Assembly: GCA_030248215.1 (NCBI GenBank)
Contig: JASANG010000753.1
Span: forward strand, 682,001 to 720,772
Source of the DNA: Enoplolaimus lenunculus
Taxonomy: Eukaryota
Length of the DNA stretch: 38,772 bases
Direction of reading: 5' to 3'
Of the stretch, positions 25,101-33,100 are shown piece by piece. Position numbers and translations under genes: made by a program. How positions within the stretch are numbered: position 1 is the stretch's first letter; each line of letters opens with the position of its first letter. A model generated the notes under the pieces. It was not told the origin of the DNA and did not search any database. It saw nothing but the letters and a program-made list of their open reading frames with translations.

Positions 25101-27688
25101 CATAGCTGCGAGGGGTTGATGTTCACACCACCCTTCCCCCCCCCCTTTGTTCAAGTAATGATTTTAAAAAACTATTTTAGGTTTTTATAAAACCCAAGAA
25201 ACCCGTTTGAAATTTTTATAGAACGTAATGGTCTCCCCTGTTCAAAATTTTTAGCGACTCATCGGGTGTGAGTAGCGCACCAATATGTAAGAAATGTTTT
25301 CATTATATAATGCTTTTAAATCAAGGGGGGCGGGTTAAAAAATTCAAAACAAGGACAAATTCTAGTAGTTGTACTAGACCTAAAGGGATAACAAAACCTC
25401 TGAGTATAACTTGATTTGATTGGCTATCCGCTGTGCCGAGAAAACCATTGATTGGCTATCGGTTGTGCTGAGAAAACCATTGATTGGCTATCGGTTGTGC
25501 TGAGAAAACCATTGATTGGTTATCGGTTGTGCTCAGAAAACCATCGATTGGCTATCGGTTGTGCTGAGAAAACCAGACTGTATTTTTGCCAAATAGCATA
25601 AACTCGTTAGGTGTTCCGATTTTAATTTTGGGAGGGGATTATTTTTGGGTGAAAGTCATTTGCAAGCGAGCGTAGCGAACAAAAACTAATTGTTATGCAA
25701 AACTTTTGCGGCGAAATATATTCCTGCTGGGTTCAAATCCAAGCTTGACGCTCATGTGGAATAGAGAATATTTTATATAAACTTATTTTTTAGGGTCTGG
25801 TTCAACTCGCAACAGCGACAAGCAGCAACGCTCACAAACGTTTCATATCAACTTGAAAAAATCCTCAAAACGAGCCAAGAAACGGCGTCAAAAACAAAAA
25901 TCGGTCAAAAATTCGACTTTACCCCACCAAAATGGCACTAAATCAACCTCTGCGCCACCAACCAGATATTTAATCACTGCCAAGCCTGGAACCGATCCGT
26001 TTGCAGAGTTTTCGAAAACCCAACAAACAACGTCGAAAATCGCCCGAAAACCCATAGGCCGTGGGACCGTAGATGAAGTCCCACTGCCCGGGATGCCAAG
26101 CTCAAATTTTCGACCCTTAAAATGGGGCCATAGTGACTCAAATTCAGGAGGAGACGTTGAAAAGTACCCTTCTAATCAAATGATTGCCACTCTACCGCCG
26201 TATGAACCTCAAAAACAAGGTCCACCGGAAGTCGCAGGACAACTGATTGTCTACGATTTGGACGAGGATCCACCAAGCTTGATGCAAGTTAACCGGCATC
26301 AGATTGGTGAGTTTATTCGCTTTTCAACTGGGTTCCAAAGCCAATCAACATTGAAAGTTGAATTTTAAACTTAAATCCAAATTTTTGTTGAGTTCTGTAG
26401 TTTCAACTTGGTGATTTGTTATCATTAAACTATGATCATAGCGGATTCTTTCGCTGCGTTTGTCTGGATTAGCATCAAACTTCAAAATTTTAACTTAAGT
26501 CAAGATTTTACTTAAGTTTGTAGCTTTACAACTAGGTGTCTTGTGAAAGGACACCGACGTCTGATTGAATTTGCTTTTTGTCAAACCAGCTGAGGCGGGA
26601 CTCACGTTATAACCGAGGCAGGCGGGACACGGTTTGTCCCATGTTGATTCGACGTCAACGTTAAAATTTGAGCACTCATATCGGGTGAACCGACAAAACT
26701 AGAATGTCGTATGACATTTGTTTTCAAACCACCGCTTTCAGAAGACCAATGTGTACAAGAGTCGGTATGTCAAGTGATACTTAGGACATTTATGCGAATA
26801 TCGTATGATATTCCAAAATTACAACAAATATCATATGATATTCAGCGGGACAGTGTAATCTTCGGGTGCTAATAAATTAATGGAAAGTCGGACGGCAGAG
26901 GCACAGCTTTGCTTGAAAAACCAAATACACGTCTGCAAATTCATCTTTGTCACAAAACCGCTTAGAAAAGCAGTGTCATAATTCAAAAATTCAAATTTCA
27001 AACTCTAGTATCATATGATAATCAAAAAGACAATTCTTATTTATTTATTTATTTTTACTTATTTATTTGTTTATTTGTTTAAGCAGAACCAAACATTGCC
27101 GAATTTCGCCGCAACCGCGATAGCAACTCCAGCAGCGAAGACACCTTTGGAAACAGCGTTTGGTCAGCGACAGATGATATATCACGTCGTGAATATTTTG
27201 ACCCTGACGCACCTCCAAACATATCCAGTACTACACCACGTGCAGATTGTGCAATCTCAGGCAAAGGATTGTTAATTTTAATTGCAATTTTTGCAACAAT
27301 TAGCTGCGCGCTAACTATTGCTGTATGCATTTTGTGCGCACGTGCACGTCGTTCGGCGTCCAAATGCCATAAACAGTTTTCAAAAGGCGCCGCGCCGCCT
27401 TATGCACAAATGGGCGCCGGCGCCGCTATGTCGGCCGTGGGTGTCCGAAAACGACCTGGGCCAGGTGGTAATGGACTTTTTGATGGAAATTCAAACCGGG
27501 GGCACGAGGAGTATAATAGCAGCCAGGCAGGGGGGCACAACTATAGAGATTACAACAGCGGTTCAGACGAGAGCTATTACGCGAGTCAACAAATAGTTGG
27601 TGGGTCGCGTTTGGGCGGTAGTAAACGTTGCGGTGGACCAATCAGTTCGAAAGATTTGGCATATAATCGAAACGGACCTCGGAGGTAA
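7179..27688 (+). CDS. Cuticlin-like zona pellucida (ZP) domain protein with C-terminal transmembrane helix, 12 exons, ~812 aa
   Basis: join(7179..7283,7558..7609,9368..9564,10805..10947,12454..12510,13284..13393,14398..14476,15660..15825,16300..16470,17357..17600,25794..26306,27087..27688); all GT-AG, phases consistent, 2439 nt. Cuticlin motifs: [15 protein letters not shown]...FAGRIYAKG...[57 protein letters not shown]...[29 protein letters not shown]...PPSC. Later come a basic KKRR, an EHP-like [12 protein letters not shown] and a TM segment [23 protein letters not shown]. The exact start codon and the exon 10-11 junction are the least certain parts. Confidence 0.85.
7330..7481 (+). mobile_element. 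TTAGGC-bearing MITE, 5'-truncated (ZP intron 1)
   Basis: TTAGACTATTTTTTGC leader, TTAGGC variants, right TIR remnant GGCCCTGTTGTTTTACACTGGC. Confidence 0.7.
8985..9330. mobile_element. AT-rich MITE with CTCTCTAAAA.CTTAAAC TIRs and TA flanks
   Basis: Inverted ends flanked by TA; partial inverted copy at ~18612-18760; internal CTTAA/TTAAG subrepeats. Confidence 0.7.
10050..10248 (+). repeat. Interspersed repeat ending in TATAGAT (possibly Helitron/Helentron-associated)
   Basis: Shared 3' portion (AAAATACGTATRT...TCCAG...TATAGAT) with ~22320-22496 and ~38190-38298; no TIRs seen; class is a guess. Confidence 0.5.
10367..10730. mobile_element. Tc1/mariner-like MITE (CTGTA ends, TA TSD)
   Basis: TA-CTGTA....CCCGAATAAGAGGG TIR type; inverted homolog at 37693-38115. 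Confidence 0.75.
10994..11375. mobile_element. CACACGTGCAAG-TIR MITE family copy with an internal 42-bp minisatellite
   Basis: Begins TTCACACGTGCAAGTTTTT; about 4 copies of CTTGCAGYTGCAACTTGTAAGTGCAACTTTTTGCTGCGACAA at ~11075-11240; explains ORFs 10948-11380. Confidence 0.8.
11743..12059 (-). mobile_element. TTAGGC-bearing MITE (subfamily c) with an expanded 42-bp telomere-variant tandem
   Basis: Right end CCCTAAAAGTAACATGGGCC; about 4 units of CCTAAGCCTACGCCTAAAGCCTAAGCGTTGCAAAAGCGTATT. Confidence 0.85.
12621..13236. mobile_element. Three nested TTAGGC-bearing MITEs (A 12621-13236 > B 12745-13159 > C 12877-13066)
   Basis: C is flanked by a perfect 9-bp gcctaaacc and B by gctcattc/gctcattt; A halves rejoin when B is removed. 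Confidence 0.85.
13425..13687. mobile_element. piggyBac-like MITE (TTAA TSD, CCC..TCTCACAT TIR) with tRNA-like cassette
   Basis: TTAA-CCCTTTCTCACAT...ATGTGAGAAGAGG-TTAA; inverted close homolog at 23609-23871. Confidence 0.9.
13765..14088. mobile_element. Two adjacent, oppositely oriented degenerate TTAGGC-bearing MITEs
   Basis: GCCTAA tract (13817-13875) followed by a TTAGGC tract (13980-14047) ending TATACATTGGCT. Confidence 0.65.
14057..14304 (+). repeat. 124-bp tandem duplication (2 copies, 1 mismatch)
   Basis: 14057-14180 is repeated at 14181-14304; the unit starts inside a MITE right end. Confidence 0.95.
14505..14668. mobile_element. GC-rich hAT-like MITE
   Basis: CAGGGCCGGAGC...GCTCCGGCACTT, perfect 8-bp TSD ctttgaac; related start at 14717. 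Confidence 0.8.
15183..15342 (-). mobile_element. TTAGGC-bearing Merlin-like MITE (subfamily b)
   Basis: Perfect 8-bp TSD aaatcact; TIR GGCCAATGTAAAGAACAGGGGCGGAAC; a further truncated copy follows at ~15388-15548. Confidence 0.88.
15851..16028 (+). mobile_element. TTAGGC-bearing Merlin-like MITE (subfamily c)
   Basis: GGCCCATGCTACTTTTAGGGCCG...CGGCCCTAAAAGTAACATTAGCC. Confidence 0.85.
16488..16703 (+). mobile_element. TTAGGC-bearing Merlin-like MITE (subfamily a)
   Basis: TIR GGCCCATGTATAGAACAGGGCCGGA; TSD tagaaacg/taaaaacg. Confidence 0.88.
17675..17839. mobile_element. GC-rich hAT-like MITE
   Basis: CAGTGCCGGAG...CTTCGGCCCTG; degenerate 8-bp TSD aaaaaagt/aaaggagt. Confidence 0.55.
18009..18283. 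mobile_element. CACACGTGCAAG-TIR MITE (TWA/TTAA-flanked; Harbinger-like, class unresolved)
   Basis: CCCTATTCACACGTTCAAATTTTTGCTG...CAGCAAAAACTTGCACGCGTAAATAGGG long TIRs. Confidence 0.75.
18842..18996 (+). mobile_element. Diverged TTAGGC-bearing MITE just 3' of the collagen stop
   Basis: GGCC start, TTAGGC variants, CATGGACC end. Confidence 0.55.
19043..23335 (-). CDS. Nematode cuticle collagen, 5 exons, 315 aa, nested antisense in the ZP gene intron
   Basis: complement(join(19043..19180,19814..19989,20422..20694,21745..21907,23138..23335)), 948 nt. Col_cuticle_N-type N-terminus ([24 protein letters not shown]...CK), furin site [14 protein letters not shown], interrupted Gly-X-Y blocks with a CEC cluster, and canonical C-terminus [15 protein letters not shown]. 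Confidence 0.95.
19402..19713. mobile_element. MITE with CAAGAGTG.ATGAT/ATCATGCACTCTTG TIRs
   Basis: Inverted ends; homolog at 4170-4494. Confidence 0.75.
20867..20905. repeat. (TA)n microsatellite
   Basis: Imperfect TA run; another at ~29653-29680. Confidence 0.85.
20917..21313. mobile_element. CACACGTGCAAG-TIR MITE, 5'-truncated
   Basis: Ends CACGTGTGAATAGGG; collinear with 24240-24668. Confidence 0.75.
21555..21627 (-). pseudogene. tRNA-like sequence (pseudo-tRNA or tRNA-derived SINE head)
   Basis: Minus strand reads TGGTGCAGTGGTAAC (A box)...GGTTCGATTCC (B box) at tRNA spacing; T and acceptor stems pair poorly. Confidence 0.55.
22939..23125 (+). mobile_element. TTAGGC-bearing Merlin-like MITE (subfamily b) in collagen intron 1
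   Basis: GGCCGATGTAAAGA...TCTACACTGGCC; degenerate TSD atcttttc/gtattttc. Confidence 0.8.
23418..23606 (+). mobile_element. TTAGGC-bearing MITE (subfamily a), right TIR cut at a piggyBac-like element
   Basis: GGCCGATGTATAGAACAGGGCCGG start; right TIR stops at CCCTGTT|AACCCC. Confidence 0.82.
23609..23871. mobile_element. piggyBac-like MITE with tRNA-like cassette
   Basis: TTAA-CCCCTTCTCACAT...ATGTGAGAAAGGG-TTAA. Confidence 0.9.
23995..24668. mobile_element. CACACGTGCAAG-TIR MITE, long copy
   Basis: CCCTGTAGACACG...GACACGTGCAAG left end and TTGCACGTGGGAACTGGGC-TTAA right end; four CACGTG sites. Confidence 0.75.
25416..25575. repeat. 32-bp minisatellite, 5 copies
   Basis: Unit GATTGGCTATCGGTTGTGCTGAGAAAACCATT at 25418, 25450, 25482, 25514, 25546. 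Confidence 0.95.
27037..27080 (+). repeat. (TTTA)n microsatellite directly before the last ZP exon acceptor
   Basis: TTATTTATTTATTT... run. Confidence 0.8.
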
Positions 27689-28007
27689 AGATATGATTGC
27701 CGTTTGCAAAAGGGGATACTTAAATAGCAGGTAAAGAGAACGGTGGGAACCTGTGAAAACCGTAGGTCTAAGGAAATGGTAACTGGACTTCATGGACTAA
27801 ATAACAAGGGGGGTGCTTATTTGACTAAAAATCGCAGGTATATGTATCGAGTGGAACATTGCTACAATATGTGTAATTAGTAACCTGTACGAGGGATTGC
27901 GGTATATTTAGGGCACCAGCAATGGCGGCCTTCGAATATGGACTGAGGTCGACGCCGGGCCAGGATTTTCCGGCGGAAGAGGATAATTTTAAGCGTTTGA
28001 AAACTTT

Positions 28008-28195
28008 GGCCGATAGTTAATTTGAGGGACGTACCGGTGTGCCGCGGTACTGGAATAGAGTAAGCTTAAGCTGTAGATTATATTTTCTTTAGGACTAGGC
28101 TGGAGCTAGGTTTTGTTTTGGATAATGCATACGCTTAGGTTTAGGCTTAGAAATATGCTTATACTACTGTTACGTCGCTCAAGGTAACATAAGCC
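28008..28195 (+). mobile_element. Diverged TTAGGC-bearing Merlin-like MITE
   Basis: GGCC...AGCC ends, TSD aaaacttt/aaaatttt, family interior. Confidence 0.75.
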
Positions 28196-28224
28196 AAAAT
28201 TTTCATCGCCAGATATTTGCACTA

Positions 28225-28430
28225 CACTGCAAAAAATGGTGAGTCACATTGAGTCTGTCCGAAATAGACTCTACGGGACTACACAAACTGAGTCAAATTC
28301 GACTGCGCCAGAGTCAAATTCGACTCACTGAGTCGCATGTTTCGTTCTGGCGAAGTCGAATTTGACTCAGTTTGTGTAGTACCGAGTGCCTATTTCGGAG
28401 AGTCAATTTGACTCACCATTTTTTGCAGTG
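28225..28430. mobile_element. CACTG-terminated fold-back MITE
   Basis: TA-CACTGCAAAAAATGGTGAGTCA...TGACTCACCATTTTTTGCAGTG-TA. Confidence 0.9.
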
Positions 28431-28639
28431 TACTACGTCACTTGCGGAGGCGTATGATCCACTCACCTGGATCGGCCTTTCACTTAAAGTTGATTGATTT
28501 CCCCTGTGGACAATACATGATGCTGGCCAGACCAGAAACTTTGAAATTTGTATTTGTTGCATACTATGTTGTTATTTTTAAAAGCACCTAATTCAATGTG
28601 TAATAATTGTTTCGGCCTACGTGTAGGCCGGATCCTCAA

Positions 28640-28980
28640 CACATGCCTAAGGCTTAACCCTACGTGTAAATCTAAGCAAAAACCTAGACCTAGCGTTAGC
28701 CAATGCATCATAGGTCTAGGATTCAGACTGAACCCTAGCCTATAATTCAAACTGAGGCCAAGCCTAGATGTCTCACTGAGAGCAAGCTTTTAAGACTGAA
28801 CTCAAGCCTAGGTTTAACACTGAACCCAACCTAGAATTAAGACTGAGCCTAATGCATCAACTGTAGAGACCCAAGCCTTTTAAGACATCCCACTAGGTTC
28901 AATGAACTCAAGCCTAGGTTTCAGGCTGATCTCAAGCCTACGTTTCAGACTAAACCCAAGCCAAAGTCTCAGCCTAGGAT
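28640..28980. repeat. Degenerate ~24-bp satellite built from GCCTAR-like hexamers
   Basis: Recurrent AAGCCTAGGTTTAAGACTGAACTC-like units. Confidence 0.65.
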
Positions 28981-29450
28981 TGTCACTTTGTGCCGAAACC
29001 TCTGGCATACATGGATGATGCTGGATTTATTGTCAGACTGCGTATAGTCTCCATCTCAGGTGTGATTCCAGAGTATGGTGCTATAGCCTTGTATTTGAAT
29101 TTCATTTATCAAATATACTCTGTTATAATATGTAATACTTACTTTCGTTGTTTACACCCGACATTGCTGATAGGTTTAGGCTTAGGCTTAAAAGGGCTTA
29201 CATTCTCTAATTTGCTTAACACCGTGCCCGTAGACTTGCAAAAGTTCCAATGGAATAGCTCGCGAAAATATTAATTTTCAACTCATTGCTCTTTTCGGCT
29301 GAATATTTCCTATCTGTAGGGTTCATTCCAATGACACTGTCGTGGCTGTTATCTCCGCAGGTAACTGAAAACTTATTTACGAATTATATTCATGGTACTC
29401 AAATGTGTAGAAGCAAACAAAACTACAGGTGACCAGATCGAAGTGATCAC

Positions 29451-29618
29451 GCGGGCTCGTAGCCAAACGGGGGGCAGTGGGTATCAACCCCCTGTAAAAA
29501 TTTTGCGACCCCTCCCACAGAAAATTTTCAACCTTGCTTGTAATTCATTGAAAACCCTTGAATGCCACCCCTCAAAATTTTTTAGCTCCCCTAGCAAGCT
29601 GAATAGGCTACGGGCCTG
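29451..29618. mobile_element. GC-rich hAT-like MITE
   Basis: GGGCTCGTAGCC...GGCTACGGGCCTG; homolog of 2720-2890. Confidence 0.6.
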
Positions 29619-29680
29619 TCACTGTAGAATTGAAATTTATACATACACACACATATATATCTATATATATATATATATAT

Positions 29681-29991
29681 TTTCACATGAATAATTTTCT
29701 ATTTCAGATCTGACCTACATATGTTTATGGTTTTTCTCGTGAGTATTTTTTATTTGATATGAGACCTAATTTTATGCTAAGGTTCCAACCTCGAAGACTT
29801 GAGTGGAAGGCGCTTACTACCGCCAATCAACAATCGGAGCCAGACGCTTGAGATTGAGGGTGGTCTCACGTCTTGTGGAGATTTTGTACCGCGCGTACGC
29901 GTAGTAATAGTAATTCACAATGCGTTGTGAATTAGTTCACTATACACGCATTGCGCTAACTTATTCAGAGTCAACTCTATGTGAGAAGGGG
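29681..29991. mobile_element. Diverged piggyBac-like MITE
   Basis: TCACATGAATA... start and ATGTGAGAAGGGG end; collinear with 13425-13687. Confidence 0.75.
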
Positions 29992-30111
29992 TTATAAATC
30001 GTAATTGAAAATTTTCCCTTAAAACATTTCAACAAAACGTCAACATCATTTTATTGATTTTAGCTTCCAAAAAGTAGCCTGCGATTCAAAATCATGTATT
30101 TATTATTGAAT

Positions 30112-33100
30112 TTAAGCATTAATTTTATGCTTAACAATAATGTAATCAATTTGTTTTGTCCATGGATTCACAAACGACTGCCAAAACGCAACAACCGGCT
30201 GAAAGGTTCCGCATTTGGCCCTCAGGCTGTACCGTTCTGAATGGCTTTCGGATATCACCTGATCAGGATTTGCACTGCTTATACCTAGAAATGAATGGGT
30301 CCATCTATAGACAGGGCCGGATCGTTTTCCGGAAGGGCTGTAATAGAGTCAGTGTAAGCTTTAGACTAATTTTTTTGCTTAGGCTTAGGCTTAGGAATAT
30401 GCTTATACTACTGTTCCGGCCCTGTTCTATACATGGGCCAATAAATGGAACCGAATAAACCTGTTGGTTATAGCATAATTTCAATTTGTAGCACCTGTTG
30501 CCAATTAGGGTGGCGCTATACTTTGGATGACGTCACGGCGCCGTCCATCACATTTGTGTGCCATTCGGCACTGTGCCACAGCGCACGTTTGCTGACGTAT
30601 GGGCAAACATATTAATTTGTAAACAAAACTGGGGTCGAACGATGACGGACGGCGCCGTACGACAAGTATAGCGGCACCCTTAGATAATAGTTCTATGGCA
30701 ATTTGCTCTCATTATATATACCTGGAATAAAAACGCTGCAACAATGGATTATTGTTAATGCCGTATACCTACACACGTGCAAGTTTTTGCAGCGAAAACA
30801 CGCGCATGAAGCTTGCATGTGCAAATTCGGTCACAAAACAGCTTTGAATTTTTTGCATTTGCATTTTGATTGACCCGTCGGAAACTGTGTTGCTGAGCGC
30901 TTCTTGAACTCATTTATTGTATTTAACAAGAATCTTGACTTAATTCGAATATCAAACTTGTTTGATATTTCGCAGCCTGCGGCGATTGTTACTGTCGTTT
31001 TGAAGTCAAGAAATACCGTGTAAAATATTCTTCACTTATGAATGTTTCTTGCGGTCTTGCGAAGGTTGCAAGTGTTAACAGGGCTGTGTGATGCTTGTAT
31101 CGCCAGTACAGCTCTTTAAACCCTTTCTCACATGAATATATTCAATTTCACATGAGATGTAATTTCAAGGTAAGATTCGATCCCAAGTCTCAAGGGTGAG
31201 AGGCGTTTACGATGACCACTGAGCTATAGGAGCTTGACGCTCGAACCCGAGGGAGCTGCCACGTCTTATGGAAATTTTGCACTGCGCATATATGTTATAA
31301 ATGTTAGTCACTGATCACAGTGTGTGTATTGCTCGTACAGTATTGTATTTAATTGCTCATAGTATATGTACTCTATGAGTGAAAGGGTTAAACACGTAAA
31401 TTTCGAGAACTGCAGAACCGAATTTTAACAAAATAGCAGGCTTAAAGTTTACTACGGAAAAGTTGTTCAATTTGAGAATTACTGGCGGACCCAAACGAGG
31501 GGGGCACGAAATGACGCTCGGCTTCTTGCTCGCATCGTTTGCCAGTATATTTCTACTATTATATCTCACGCGACCCCTGTTTTCTAGAACCCTTCAATAT
31601 TAAGCTTAAAAACTCTGGCCCGTGTAACATCAGGGGCAGACCGTTTTTTTCTGTAGTACTGGAATAAACTCAAGCAATAGACTAATTTTTTTGCTTAGGC
31701 TTAGCATCAGGCTTACATATTCGCACATTGTTACGCTTAAACTTAGGCTTAGGCTTACAAATTTGCATATACTACGGTTTCGCTCCTGTTGTTTACATTG
31801 GTTAAAATGTTTCGTATTTTCAAATTCAACAATTAAAAACTTATTTGTTTTGAAATTTAAAATAATTGTGTCTTAAAATATGGATCGTTGATCCGAATAA
31901 TACAACTTTGGGCTTTGTTGACGTGCAGCGTCGTCCGGCACCGTCCATCACCCGCACGGTAGCGTCCAGCGTTGTCCGTCTCCCGTACAGCGCCGTCCGT
32001 CACCCGCACGGTAGCGTCCAGCGTTGTCCGTCTCCCGTACGGCGCCGTCCGTCACTGTGCGGTATCGTACGAAAATAACTACTATAACGTACGGTGACAG
32101 ACGGTAACGAACAGTGCCATACGAGCAACGGACGGTAACGAACAGCGCCATACAAGCGACGGACGTAAGAACGGCGCCATACGACCAAAGGACGGTAACA
32201 AACGGCGCCATACGAGCGACGGACGGTAACGAACAGCGCCATACGAGCGACGGACGGCGCTGGATGGCGCTGGACGTCAAGTATAGCGCAATCCTTACAA
32301 GATCTGTGTAGCCGAGTGACAAGTGGAACATCTTGCGCGTGGACGTTTTCGTAATATGACGACTTTTTCAAATCTTGATCGTGATATCCAAGTAAAGGAA
32401 ATACTCTGAAGAAAAAGAATAATTGTCAAACGAGACAGAATTTGACAAATTGACGACTTAAGATTTTATTTACAAATATTTGGGCCCATGCAACTTTAAG
32501 AGGCGTCAATGTTTCTGGTGGGTCTATAAAAGAGTAGGTTTAGATTCTAGATTACAATTTTTGGCTTAGGCTTAGGCGTAGGCTTAGGAACACTTTTTTG
32601 CAACGCTTAGGCTTAGGCTTAGGAATACGCTTAATCTACTGTTACGCCCCTAAAAGTAACATTGGCCAATATTTGAAACAGAAAAAAGCCAAAAAGCTGA
32701 ATATTTTGCGTTAATTTTCCACAGCTCCGTCAGATCATTCATTAACGTTAATTGTAATTATTGGAAAAATCGATTTTTATGCGGAAAGGAATTAGTCGCA
32801 ACGCAGAGGCTGTCACGGGCCCATGTATAGAACAGGGCCGGATCGTTTTCCGGAAGGGCTATAAATAGAGTCAGGTTAAGCTTTAGACTATTAATTTTTG
32901 GCTTAGGCTTTGGCTTAGGCTTAGGCTCAGGAATAGGCTCATCCATACGCTTTGGCTTAGGCTTAGGCTTAGGAATATGCTCATCCATACGCTTAGGCTT
33001 AGGCTTAGGAATAGGCTTATACTACTGTTCCGGCCCTGTTCTATACATGGGCCCTGTCGCGGAAACAAATTTGTTTAGTGGTTTTGGGCAGGGTACAACA

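Noticed and set aside
25416..25575. CRISPR-like array (32-bp period); also 31915-32294
   Set aside because: Units are head-to-tail with no unique spacers, there are no cas genes, and the context is eukaryotic.
28460..29360. Candidate micro-exons (minus ~28467-28503; plus ~29320-29360) as ZP or cyc extensions
   Set aside because: Splice-like signals only, no homology, and both genes already have in-frame stops.
1053..33068. Many ORFs with RLRLRL, LSLSLS or KPKPKP runs (e.g. 1153, 7311, 15062, 23423, 31691, 32758)
   Set aside because: They are translations of TTAGGC/GCCTAA tracts in MITEs, not genes.
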